Origin: Candidatus Paceibacter sp.
Lineage (GTDB): Bacteria > Patescibacteriota > Minisyncoccia > UBA6257 > JAGOQP01
NCBI GenBank assembly: GCA_020724905.1
Contig: DYGB01000005.1
Coordinates: 1-54,581, forward strand
Direction: 5' to 3'
Length of the DNA stretch: 54,581 nucleotides
Shown here one piece after another: positions 39,447-48,405 of this stretch. The translations under genes and the position numbers were made by a program. The notes below the pieces were generated by a model. That model worked only from the letters and a program-made list of their open reading frames with translations, was not told the origin of the DNA and did no database searches. Within the stretch, counting starts at the first letter, position 1; the number at the start of each line of letters is the position of its first letter.

Positions 39447-40244
39447 ATGACAACACAAGCATTCACTAAACAGCTGTACTCATTCTTTAAAGAAAATAAA
39501 CGGGAATTCCCATGGAGAAAAACATCAGACCCATACCATATCATGGTGTCAGAATACATGCTGCAACAAACACAGGTATCTCGTGTAACAGAAAAATATC
39601 CACTATTCCTGAAAACATTCCCTACTATAGAATCTCTTAGTTCTGCTTCTAAAAAAGAAGTACTTCATGCATGGCAAGGATTAGGATATAACAGAAGAGT
39701 ACTCTATCTGCATACTGCAGCAAATAAGATTGTACAAGAGTGGAAGGGGACTGTCCCCAAAGATCCATCTATACTACAAACCCTTCCAGGAATAGGAAAA
39801 AATACTGCTGGATCTATTTGTGCGTTTGCATTTAATCTCCCTGTTATTTTCATTGAAACAAATATACGAAGTGTGTTTATTCATACCTTCTTTAAAAAAA
39901 GAAAAAATGTTAATGATGCAGAGATTATTCCTCTTATAGGAAAGATGATAGATAAGAAGAATCCTAAGAAATGGTATTCAGCCCTTATGGACTATGGAAC
40001 ACATCTTAAAAAAGAACAGAAAAACCCATCTCGAAAGAGTATACATCATATAAAACAGAGTTCTTTTAAAGGATCAATACGAGAAGTGCGAGGGCATATT
40101 ATAAAACAAAGTCTTTTAAAATCCCTTCCTATAAAAGAAATAGAGAAAGAATACGGGAAAACAAAAACTCAAAAGGCTATTGATAGCCTTACAAAAGAAG
40201 GCGTTATCAAGAAGAAAGGATTGAAAGTATATATAATAGAATAA
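39447..40244 (+). CDS. mutY: A/G-specific adenine glycosylase (short MutY)
   Basis: FPWR, VSEYMLQQTQV, WQGLGYNRR, LPGIG HhH motif; no Cys cluster motif. Confidence 0.88.
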   Translation: MTTQAFTKQLYSFFKENKREFPWRKTSDPYHIMVSEYMLQQTQVSRVTEKYPLFLKTFPTIESLSSASKKEVLHAWQGLGYNRRVLYLHTAANKIVQEWKGTVPKDPSILQTLPGIGKNTAGSICAFAFNLPVIFIETNIRSVFIHTFFKKRKNVNDAEIIPLIGKMIDKKNPKKWYSALMDYGTHLKKEQKNPSRKSIHHIKQSSFKGSIREVRGHIIKQSLLKSLPIKEIEKEYGKTKTQKAIDSLTKEGVIKKKGLKVYIIE

Positions 40245-40286
40245 GTTGATTTATTATCTAAAAATGCGTATGATGCGGAGGTAAAT

Positions 40287-40376
40287 GGAGGGGTGCCAGA
40301 GCGGTTATTGGAGCGGTTTGCTAAACCGTGGCCTTCTAATCAGGGCCCGTGGGTTCAAATCCCACCCCCTCCGCCA
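40287..40376 (+). tRNA. tRNA-Ser(GCT)
   Basis: Long variable arm, GCGGT-TTGCTAA-ACCGT, G73, encoded CCA. Confidence 0.95.
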
Positions 40377-40397
40377 AGTTTTTCTTCTTGTGAAAGT

Positions 40398-40694
40398 ATG
40401 AAAATAAATATGTTCAACAAAAATATAATTCGTATTATAGGTATTGTGCTATGTCTTTTATTACTACCTTTAATAGCCATGCAATTTACTGATGAAGTAA
40501 ATTGGAATGTAGCTGATTTTATTATCGCCGGTATCCTTTTGTTATTTGCAGGATATATCTATAAGTATGTAATAAAAAAGATAGAACATAAGAACTATCG
40601 ATTTTTTATCACCATTATCTCTATCATACTTTTTCTTCTTGTCTGGGGAGAGCTTGCGGTAGGTATATTTGGGACACCGTGGGCAGGATCCTAG
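40398..40694 (+). CDS. Small 3-TM membrane protein
   Basis: LLPLIAMQFTDEVNW...WGELAVGIFG; start trimmed past the tRNA. Confidence 0.75.
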   Translation: MKINMFNKNIIRIIGIVLCLLLLPLIAMQFTDEVNWNVADFIIAGILLLFAGYIYKYVIKKIEHKNYRFFITIISIILFLLVWGELAVGIFGTPWAGS

Positions 40695-40695
40695 A

Positions 40696-41835
40696 CTAGG
40701 TACGAATAGTTTTCATTCTAAAAAGATGTGTGGTCCATCGCCATGCAATGGAACATTTTTTTCTAAAAAGCGGCATACGGAAAAGATAGATGGTTCTCCA
40801 TAACCACCAAGCAATAAAGCCGTAAATACGTATTCCATATAATTCCCCAACAGCTTTTCCTGGTCCTAAAGAAAGGAGCACCGCTTTATGTTTGTATCGA
40901 AACGGAGGAGGCAACTTTTTTTGTAATGAGGCTCGTATAGATCGTGCAACATAGGAAGCTTCTTCAACAGCGCTTTGGGCAAGGGAAGGAACGCATCTCG
41001 AATGTTTGTGAGGAACACAGGCAACATCTCCAAATACAAAGAACGAAGTGTTTTCAGAGATGTGAAGATGGGAAGATGTTCGTATACGTTTTTCTCCATT
41101 AAAAGGAGAGGGGGCTTGAGGGACAACACCAGCTGCCCATACAATACTTTCAGCAGGCATATGTCCTGTTGATGTTTCTATTCCTTTTCGGTCAACGGTA
41201 AGGGCTTTCGTATTAAGGTGAAGATGGACATGTCTCTTTTTTAAAGCCCTAAGAGCTTTTTTTTGAATGTAGGAAGAAAGGGAAGGGAGTATAGAGGGGG
41301 TAGAAGAAAGAAGGTGAAGTGATACTTCTGAAGGGGTGTGTCCCAACTTCTTGTACAGAAGATAAGAGAGCTCACATACGGTCTCTACTCCTGTTGCTCC
41401 TGCCCCAACTACTACAATAGACTGGGGAAGATTCTTTTGAACATCATCTAATAGTGTTACAGAAGATTTTACATCATAGATATGAGGATGAGGAGAAAGA
41501 GGAAGAGGGGTTCTTGATCCTGTGGCAAGTATAAGAAAATCAAATGAATGAGATGAGGAGGTAATGATGGTGTTTGTGTGTTGGTCAATACGCTCTACAT
41601 GTTCATGTTTGAATGTGAAATGATATTTCTTTGAAAGAAGGGAGAAGGGAATTGAAACAAGATCAAAAGGAAGGTTCCCTGCAAATACCTCATGAAGAAG
41701 AGGGGTAAATACAAAGGACTCCTTTGTATCAAAAAGAGTTATAGAAAGTTGTTTTTCTGTATAGAAACGGCGGAGGTAGATTGCTGTATAAAGACCAGCA
41801 AATCCTCCGCCGACAATGCCGACACGTGGTTTCAT
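40696..41835 (-). CDS. ndh: Type II NADH dehydrogenase-like FAD oxidoreductase
   Basis: GGGFAG, FTPLLHEV, GAGATGVE, VWAAG, GFIAWWLWR.IYL. Confidence 0.85.
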   Translation of the reverse strand: MKPRVGIVGGGFAGLYTAIYLRRFYTEKQLSITLFDTKESFVFTPLLHEVFAGNLPFDLVSIPFSLLSKKYHFTFKHEHVERIDQHTNTIITSSSHSFDFLILATGSRTPLPLSPHPHIYDVKSSVTLLDDVQKNLPQSIVVVGAGATGVETVCELSYLLYKKLGHTPSEVSLHLLSSTPSILPSLSSYIQKKALRALKKRHVHLHLNTKALTVDRKGIETSTGHMPAESIVWAAGVVPQAPSPFNGEKRIRTSSHLHISENTSFFVFGDVACVPHKHSRCVPSLAQSAVEEASYVARSIRASLQKKLPPPFRYKHKAVLLSLGPGKAVGELYGIRIYGFIAWWLWRTIYLFRMPLFRKKCSIAWRWTTHLFRMKTIRT

Positions 41836-42228
41836 TTATTCGTGGTTGTAGAATGTTCTCTCAAGGCTGTACTTTCCAGGTCCTGAAAATGAAATCCCAA
41901 GAGCGGTAAGAAGAAGGAGAAGTTCAAATTCTCCACTAAATCCATTCTTGAACTTAAGAAGGAAAAGAGCGCCAAGCATAATAAGGGCAAGACCAACTCC
42001 AGACCAACGAGTAAATATTCCAAGAATCATTGAAATACCTCCAAGGAGTTCTCCAATAGCAACGACATATGCAATAAGAGGGTCAAACCCAAGTTGAGAG
42101 AAGAAGGCGATTGTTCCCTCCATGTTTGCAAGCTTACTCCACCCATGAGAAAGAAATATTCCTCCAACTCCAAGTCGGATAAGAAGCATTCCTATACTCA
42201 CGTTCAGATGTGATATGTGTTTTTTCAT
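41836..42228 (-). CDS. DoxX family membrane protein
   Basis: LLIRLGVGGIFLSHGWSKL, ELLGG, GPGKYSL. Confidence 0.9.
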   Translation of the reverse strand: MKKHISHLNVSIGMLLIRLGVGGIFLSHGWSKLANMEGTIAFFSQLGFDPLIAYVVAIGELLGGISMILGIFTRWSGVGLALIMLGALFLLKFKNGFSGEFELLLLLTALGISFSGPGKYSLERTFYNHE

Positions 42229-42309
42229 ATACGTTATATATTAGTGATATATCTAGTATAGCATAGGAATAATTGATATTTTAAGGGTTTTTGGCTATGC
42301 TGTGTGGGT

Positions 42310-43743
42310 ATGACTACATCTGATACATCAAAAAAACAGCCACGACCACCAATAGTTGTTGTTATGGGCCATGTCGATCATGGGAAAACAACACTGCTTG
42401 ACTATATCCGAGAGACAAAAACTGCTGAAAGAGAAGCGGGAGGAATCACACAATCTGTTGGTGCTTATGAAGTAGAGAAGAATGGCAAGAAAATAACCTT
42501 TATTGATACCCCAGGACATGAGGCGTTTAACCATATGCGCCAAAGAGGTGCATCAATTGCTGATGTTGCGGTACTTGTTGTTGCTGCTGATGATGGAGTC
42601 AAGCCACAAACCAAAGAAGCCATTAACATTCTCAAAGAAACGAATACTCCTTTTGTTGTTGCGATAAACAAGATTGATAAAAACAATGCAGATCCAGAGA
42701 GAACAAAACAAGATCTTCTTGCTCATGAGGTGTATCTTGAAAAACTAGGAGGAGATGTGTCATGGGTAGAGATATCAGCAAAAACAGGGGAGTGTGTTGA
42801 AAGTCTTTTGGAGCATATTCTGTTGATGTGGGAGATTGATCCTCCACTTGCTGATGCTTCTGCTCCAGGAGAAGGTATTGTACTTGAATCATCACGAGGG
42901 AATCAGAGAGGTATTGTGGCAACTGTTATTGTTCGAAATGGAACAATTAAAAAAGGAGACAGTATTGCTACAGAACGAGTAGAAGGAAAAGTTCGTATCA
43001 TGGAAGACTTTTTAGGAAAGCAAATTGATGTGTGTCTTCCTTCTCAACCTGCAGTTATCGTTGGATTTTCCGATATTCCTCATGCAGGAGAAACAGTGCT
43101 GGTAGGAGGAGTTCCTCAAAAAGATGTTAAAGAAAATACTATTGAACAAAAAGAAGAAGATGAAGAAAAAGAAGTCATTGCCCTTATTGTAAAAGCAGAT
43201 GTATCAGGATCATTACAGGCACTTGTACAGATACTTCGTGCTATGAGTACTGATGAAGTAATCGTAAAAATTATTTCCCAAGAAGTGGGGGATATTACTG
43301 ATGGAGATGTAAAACATGCTGTTTCTACCGGAGCCTATATTGTGGGGTTTAATGTGAAAGCAAATAAAGCTGCTGAAAATGTTTCACAAGCACAAGATGT
43401 TACTATCATCACCTCAAATATTATCTATAACATTGTTGAGCAGTTTGAAAAACTCAGAGAAAAAGCACAAAAACCAGCACATCAAGGTATTCTTGAAGTA
43501 CTTGCAGTCTTTTCTCAGAAAAATGAGAAACAAGTTATTGGAGGAAAAATTGTTGAAGGATACATTTCAGAAAAAGATGTCTTTGTGTGCCAAAGAGATG
43601 GAGAAGATATAGGAAAGGGACGCATCAAAAACCTTCAACAAGATAAAGTTGATTGTAGGGAAGTACAAGAAGGGGAGTGTGGTCTTATGGTTGAATGTAA
43701 GGAACCTATTAAACCAGGAGATCATCTGGTAGTAGAAGCATAG
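42310..43743 (+). CDS. infB: Translation initiation factor IF-2 (no N-terminal domain)
   Basis: [33 protein letters not shown]. Confidence 0.96.
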   Translation: MTTSDTSKKQPRPPIVVVMGHVDHGKTTLLDYIRETKTAEREAGGITQSVGAYEVEKNGKKITFIDTPGHEAFNHMRQRGASIADVAVLVVAADDGVKPQTKEAINILKETNTPFVVAINKIDKNNADPERTKQDLLAHEVYLEKLGGDVSWVEISAKTGECVESLLEHILLMWEIDPPLADASAPGEGIVLESSRGNQRGIVATVIVRNGTIKKGDSIATERVEGKVRIMEDFLGKQIDVCLPSQPAVIVGFSDIPHAGETVLVGGVPQKDVKENTIEQKEEDEEKEVIALIVKADVSGSLQALVQILRAMSTDEVIVKIISQEVGDITDGDVKHAVSTGAYIVGFNVKANKAAENVSQAQDVTIITSNIIYNIVEQFEKLREKAQKPAHQGILEVLAVFSQKNEKQVIGGKIVEGYISEKDVFVCQRDGEDIGKGRIKNLQQDKVDCREVQEGECGLMVECKEPIKPGDHLVVEA

Positions 43744-43746
43744 AGT

Positions 43747-44049
43747 ATGTATAGAAAAGAAAGAATGGAGCATATTATACAAGAACGTCTTGCGCTCCAT
43801 ATCTCACGAGAAGTAGAAGATGAAATTTCAGCCCTTATCACTGTTACGCGTGTTGAAATTGATAATAACAATGAATATGCAATTGTGTATGTTTCAGTAC
43901 TCCCTGAAGGAAAAGAGAAACAAACACTTACACTACTAGAAAAGAAAAAAGGATACCTTGCATTCAAGGTATTAAAAGAAATGAAGGTACGCATATTACC
44001 ACTCATTTCATTTAGAGTTGATTCTGAGGCTAAGAAACTTCATAATTGA
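43747..44049 (+). CDS. rbfA: Ribosome-binding factor A
   Basis: Follows infB; LITVTRVE...AIVYVSV...P.ISFRVD. Confidence 0.88.
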   Translation: MYRKERMEHIIQERLALHISREVEDEISALITVTRVEIDNNNEYAIVYVSVLPEGKEKQTLTLLEKKKGYLAFKVLKEMKVRILPLISFRVDSEAKKLHN

Positions 44050-44055
44050 GCTGTA

Positions 44056-44127
44056 GGCCTGGTAGCCAAGTGGTAAGGCAGGAGTCTGCAAAACTCCTAT
44101 GCGCGGGTTCAATTCCCGCCCAGGCCT
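44056..44127 (+). tRNA. tRNA-Cys(GCA)
   Basis: GGAGT-CTGCAAA-ACTCC; U73. Confidence 0.96.
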
Positions 44128-44139
44128 CAAGGGTACTAT

Positions 44140-44228
44140 GCCCGGGTGGTGGAATTTGGTAGACACGAGAGACTTAAAATCTCTTGCTGTATAATAACGG
44201 CGTGCCGGTTCAAGTCCGGCCCCGGGCA
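44140..44228 (+). tRNA. tRNA-Leu(TAA)
   Basis: AGAGA-CTTAAAA-TCTCT; long variable arm. Confidence 0.96.
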
Positions 44229-44251
44229 CAAAAAGTAATAGAAAAAAATAT

Positions 44252-44458
44252 ATGACAAAAAAATTATACAGATCACAAAACAATAAGATTCTCACTGGTC
44301 TTTTAGGAGGACTCGCTGAATATTTTGATTTAGATGCATCACTTATTAGATTAGGATTTATTGTTCTTGTTGTGTTAACAGGTATTGTTCCATTTGTACT
44401 TGCATATATCATTGGAGCACTTGTTGTTGCTCTTGATCCTCACGTGAGTGAAAAATAG
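44252..44458 (+). CDS. pspC: PspC domain protein
   Basis: KKLYRSQNNKILTGLLGGLAEYF...IRL. Confidence 0.88.
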   Translation: MTKKLYRSQNNKILTGLLGGLAEYFDLDASLIRLGFIVLVVLTGIVPFVLAYIIGALVVALDPHVSEK

Positions 44459-44506
44459 GAAACTATTGATTATTTACCCCATTTTTCGTACTATGGGGTG
44501 TGTGTT

Positions 44507-44580
44507 GGCCCCATCGTCTAGCCTGGTCAGGACGCAAGGTTTTCATCCTTGAAACACGGGTTCAAATCCCGTTGGGGTCA
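44507..44580 (+). tRNA. tRNA-Glu(TTC)
   Basis: GGCCCCA/TGGGGTC; CAAGG-TTTTCAT-CCTTG. Confidence 0.96.
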
Positions 44581-44679
44581 CAAAGAGGGAAATATATACA
44601 GTACTTGACTTTTCTATAAATATATGTAACAATATATACATAGTTATTTTATAATTTCATACAACAAAAAGGTGAAGAA

Positions 44680-44904
44680 ATGAAAAAAACATCAAGTTTT
44701 TTAGTAGACGAACATAATCCCCCAACTTCCCAAAACACTGTTAAGCATGAGAAATCTCCGTTTGATGACCCAGAGATTAGGGAACTTTGGGATATGGTTT
44801 TTAACGATAAGGATAGGATAGAACGTGAAAAGAAAGAAATGGAACATGAAATGGACCTATTATTAGAAAAAGGACAGGGACGTGGTACCGGTAGTTGGTT
44901 ATGA
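44680..44904 (+). CDS. Small acidic hypothetical protein (cassette A)
   Basis: TTGACT promoter, AAGGTG RBS, terminator 44936-44968. Confidence 0.65.
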   Translation: MKKTSSFLVDEHNPPTSQNTVKHEKSPFDDPEIRELWDMVFNDKDRIEREKKEMEHEMDLLLEKGQGRGTGSWL

Positions 44905-44998
44905 AAGAAAAAACAAGGTGTTATTGATTTATTTTAATCCTCTCTTTTATTAAAAGAGGGGATTTTTTATCCAAATACCACTAAGCTCTCACATGCCC

Positions 44999-45028
44999 GG
45001 TTCCAAAGTTGTCCCGTTGGGGTCACAA
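44999..45028 (+). repeat. att-like repeat 1
   Basis: GGTTCCAAAGTTGTCCCGTTGGGGTCACAA, identical at 45853 and 46263. Confidence 0.95.
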
Positions 45029-45115
45029 GATTAATATTGACTTATAATTAATAACTATGTATAATAGATACATAGCTCTTTTAAATATTTAAAAACAAAC
45101 ATAGAGAGGAATCTC

Positions 45116-45763
45116 ATGGAACTATCTATAATATGTATCGCTATCGGTATAGGGTTGGTTGTCTCTCTGCTTATATATAGAAGCAGTAAAAAGAAAGCCA
45201 AAGAAGAGGAACTACTAGTGCCCTTTAGAGTGTTCTGGAATGATCAAATAGAAATACTTTTAAACAACCATTTTCCTTTAGCTGTTATCAAACAACTCCA
45301 GCTGAAGAGAGAAAAGATCCTTGCAATAGCAAAGGAATTAGATGTTCCGGAAGGTCACACGCCATTTATTCTTATTATCCCTAAAAAATACTGGGATAAA
45401 GAATATCCAAAACGCACAGGGGTTGATGTTAATAACATTGAAAACATAGTAGATACCCCCTCAGAGCCATATGCGATATTTGATATCGAGGATGGTTCAA
45501 AACATCGTGGATATTCACCTAGGGAAGCACAAAAAATATTAGAAGAAGAAGGTAGATCACCTCTTACTGCAGAAGAATGTATTATGTTTGCGCAGTACGT
45601 GCCTGTACTAAAAGACCATCATCTTAACTGTACCGGATCCCGCTGTCGGGGTGACGTCCCCGGTGTCTACCTGTCTGGCGGTGAGATGCCCAGGCTCAAC
45701 TGGCGCAGCCTCGAGTTTGGCGGTGTCGGGTGGGGGTCTCCCTCGTGCCGCAGTCGGCACTAG
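45116..45763 (+). CDS. Membrane-anchored protein with VR-like C-terminus (cassette B; DUF5701-like)
   Basis: N-terminal TM; GRSPLTAEE...GSR...VP...PRLNW...WGSPSC; last 40 codons 69% GC and A-poor. Confidence 0.75.
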   Translation: MELSIICIAIGIGLVVSLLIYRSSKKKAKEEELLVPFRVFWNDQIEILLNNHFPLAVIKQLQLKREKILAIAKELDVPEGHTPFILIIPKKYWDKEYPKRTGVDVNNIENIVDTPSEPYAIFDIEDGSKHRGYSPREAQKILEEEGRSPLTAEECIMFAQYVPVLKDHHLNCTGSRCRGDVPGVYLSGGEMPRLNWRSLEFGGVGWGSPSCRSRH

Positions 45764-45833
45764 GTCCCTTTGCCCTCGGTTTGTATCATAGACGGTTATA
45801 TTACATATGACCGTCTTTTTTTATCCAAACACT

Positions 45834-45882
45834 ACTAAATTGGCATACAAATGGTTCCAAAGTTGTCCCGTTGGGGTCACAA
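45834..45882 (+). repeat. att-like repeat 2
   Basis: 49 bp identical to 46244-46292. Confidence 0.95.
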
Positions 45883-45986
45883 AGAGAGGGGATACATACC
45901 ATATCTTGACTTTTATATAAATATATGTAATAATATATATGGAAAATTTACATATTTTTTATAACAAAAACAATAAGAGGTAAAAA

Positions 45987-46184
45987 ATGAAAAAGCATCA
46001 AGTTTCTTTGGAAGATGAATTTTTTAACAAAAAAATTATCTTAGCGCCAGACGACTTCGAAGATGATGGAATTGAAGAAGAAATACTCACTCCTATTATA
46101 GAATATGATGTTGCGGAACGTGAAATTGGTCGTTCCCTTCAGGAAAAATATTCTAGGGAAAACTGGATGTATGAAAAATGGTGA
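45987..46184 (+). CDS. Small acidic hypothetical protein (cassette C)
   Basis: Leader similar to cassette A; GAGGT RBS; terminator 46205-46232. Confidence 0.65.
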   Translation: MKKHQVSLEDEFFNKKIILAPDDFEDDGIEEEILTPIIEYDVAEREIGRSLQEKYSRENWMYEKW

Positions 46185-46243
46185 TATTTTGCCTTATACC
46201 TTTGCCCCCACTTACTTGTGGGGGATTTTTTTATTTAAAAACC

Positions 46244-46292
46244 ACTAAATTGGCATACAAATGGTTCCAAAGTTGTCCCGTTGGGGTCACAA
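46244..46292 (+). repeat. att-like repeat 3
   Basis: 49 bp identical to 45834-45882. Confidence 0.95.
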
Positions 46293-46364
46293 GAATAATG
46301 TTGACTTCATTTAGTAAGCTGTATATAACAGATATAGTTTCTTTAGAGAAAGGAGGTGATAGAA

Positions 46365-46457
46365 ATGAAGCGTTGGAATATTCCAGCTGTGAGACATTGT
46401 AATGAAGGTTGTTGTATATGCCCTGATATTTTTTTATATCAGGGCTTTTTAGTATGA
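46365..46457 (+). CDS. Putative 30-aa Cys-rich peptide (cassette D)
   Basis: TTGACT-17-TATAAC promoter, AGGAGGTG RBS; MKRWNIPAVRHCNEGCCICPDIFLYQGFLV. Confidence 0.4.
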   Translation: MKRWNIPAVRHCNEGCCICPDIFLYQGFLV

Positions 46458-46526
46458 AAAAGACTAAATCTTTATCTATCTATACATTTAGGGTAGTATA
46501 AAGGAACAGTAACGTATATATCTACT

Positions 46527-47159
46527 ATGGAAAAAGACATTACCATATCAAAAGCGCTTTTCTGGGGGTGGGAGTCATTTAAAAAACACTGGCAGATTCT
46601 TGTTGGAATGACACTCTTTGTATTTGCGATAAGTGCTATTGTCGGTTTTATTGCAGGAGATGGAGCTTCAGGGGTTGAAGGGGGAGCAGGATCGTTTCTT
46701 CTTAATATTTTTGTACATACATTTATAGGTATTGGACTTATTACCATAGGATTAGAGGTATACGCAGAAAAAACTCCAGTATTTAAAGATTTCTTTGTAA
46801 AAATGGAGCATTTTCTTAACTATCTTATTGGGATGCTTCTCTACAGTATTATCGTTATCATTGGATTCTTCCTTGTGTTCTTTCCAGGTGTTATTTGGGC
46901 ACTTAAGTATCAATTCTTTGGATATCTAATTGTTGAAAAAGGAATGAGTCCTATGGATGCATTGCGTCAAAGTGGAAAGATGACCTATGGAAAGAAATGG
47001 TTTTTACTATTATTCTGGATAGTTCTTTTCTTCTTCAATATTCTTGGAGCTATCGTTATTGGTATTGGACTTTTTGTAACGATTCCCGTTTCTCTCCTTG
47101 CAACAGTATATATTTACAAAAAACTTTCAAAGGACGCTACTACTAATCAAGAGCTGTAA
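46527..47159 (+). CDS. Integral membrane protein (DUF975-like)
   Basis: FFPGVIWALKY...MDALRQS.KMTYG...GLFVTIPV. Confidence 0.75.
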   Translation: MEKDITISKALFWGWESFKKHWQILVGMTLFVFAISAIVGFIAGDGASGVEGGAGSFLLNIFVHTFIGIGLITIGLEVYAEKTPVFKDFFVKMEHFLNYLIGMLLYSIIVIIGFFLVFFPGVIWALKYQFFGYLIVEKGMSPMDALRQSGKMTYGKKWFLLLFWIVLFFFNILGAIVIGIGLFVTIPVSLLATVYIYKKLSKDATTNQEL

Positions 47160-47860
47160 TGGAAAATAATCAAGAAAAAACATCACCATTTATTATTGGG
47201 GGATCTATTGTGCTTGCAGGACTTATTATCGCAGGGGCAATTTTGTATGTATCTGGTGCTTTGGAGAGTGGAAAGAATATAGTTCCACAACAAGACACCA
47301 CAACACCTGACCAAGCTCAGCAATTGTACCGTCCTGTTGATGAAACTGATCATATTAGAGGAAATAAAGATGCAGAGGTAGTGTTAATAGAATACTCAGA
47401 TACAGAATGTCCATTTTGTATTTCATTTCATAAAACACTCAAGCAGGTGATGAGTACATATGGGGAACAAGTAGCATGGGTATATCGTCATGTACCGCTT
47501 AAAAATCAATCACAACAAGAAGTGGTAGCTCTAGAGTGTGCGTATGATCAAGGAGGGGACAATGCGTTTTGGGCATACCTTGATCGACTCATGAGCATTT
47601 CTCCTGGGAATGATCAATTTGATCTCTCGCTACTTCCTGATATTGCTACACGAATAGGACTTGAAACAAATACATTCCAAGGATGTCTCCAAACAAAAGA
47701 TGTTTCATCACGTGTTATGCGTGATACTAATGATGCCTTTAGTGCAGGACTTAAGGGGACTCCATTTACACTCGTTGTGGGGAAAAAGGCAACGTTTAGT
47801 ATTGATGGAGCACAACCATTCTCTGTCGTTTCTTCATTTATTGAGCAAGCACTACAGTAA
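47159..47860 (+). CDS. DsbA-like thioredoxin protein
   Basis: EYSDTECPFC, YRHVPL, GTPF; N-terminal TM. Confidence 0.92.
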   Translation: MENNQEKTSPFIIGGSIVLAGLIIAGAILYVSGALESGKNIVPQQDTTTPDQAQQLYRPVDETDHIRGNKDAEVVLIEYSDTECPFCISFHKTLKQVMSTYGEQVAWVYRHVPLKNQSQQEVVALECAYDQGGDNAFWAYLDRLMSISPGNDQFDLSLLPDIATRIGLETNTFQGCLQTKDVSSRVMRDTNDAFSAGLKGTPFTLVVGKKATFSIDGAQPFSVVSSFIEQALQ

Positions 47861-47862
47861 AT

Positions 47863-48405
47863 ATGATTCAGACATATTTCAACGCGCTGAAACGTGTTTT
47901 TTCAACGGGTACCTATAATCTAGTGGGTATACTTATAGCAGTACTATTTTTTCTTCTGTTTTTAGGAGTTTCTCAGATAACTATTATTGGTGAGGTAGCT
48001 TCCATTGAAAGTACGTTCTTTGAGAAAATTTCACTTATGTGGACAATTCTCTATACGTCCTTTACTCAGATGAGTGGGGGAGGTATGGTATACCTGATTC
48101 TCCTCTCACTTCTCGCAGGATTACAAGGAACACTACTGGTGTTTATTATACGACAAAGAGCGAGTGCATCAGGAGCACTTTCACGAGGAATATGGGGTAT
48201 GATACTTGGAATGGTAGGGATTGGATGTTCTGCCTGTGGGAGTGTATTATTTGTTACTATTCTCTCACTATTTATAGGGACAGGTAATGCACTTGCACTC
48301 TTTACTCAATGGGGATTGGTGATAGGGATAGGGGGGATAGGAGTGCTTTTGTATGCAATTTCCTACACCCTTCGTGTGATAGAAAAACCAGCAGTATGCA
48401 TGTAA
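47863..48405 (+). CDS. 4-TM membrane protein with CxxC
   Basis: GIGCSACGS in a membrane segment, C-terminal Cys; follows the DsbA-like gene. Confidence 0.75.
   Translation: MIQTYFNALKRVFSTGTYNLVGILIAVLFFLLFLGVSQITIIGEVASIESTFFEKISLMWTILYTSFTQMSGGGMVYLILLSLLAGLQGTLLVFIIRQRASASGALSRGIWGMILGMVGIGCSACGSVLFVTILSLFIGTGNALALFTQWGLVIGIGGIGVLLYAISYTLRVIEKPAVCM

Larger units (their letters stand above)
44567..46457 (+). mobile_element. Tandem micro-cassette array at the tRNA-Glu 3' end
   Basis: 17-bp tRNA end TCCCGTTGGGGTCACAA recurs three times, each time closing a promoter-ORF-terminator unit. Confidence 0.7.

Noticed and set aside
40293-40397. N-terminal extension of the 133-aa ORF
   Set aside because: Overlaps tRNA-Ser; real start is likely 40398 or 40410
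44999-46292. 30-bp repeats as a CRISPR array
   Set aside because: Intervals are 380-820 bp and contain genes; the repeat derives from the tRNA end; no cas genes
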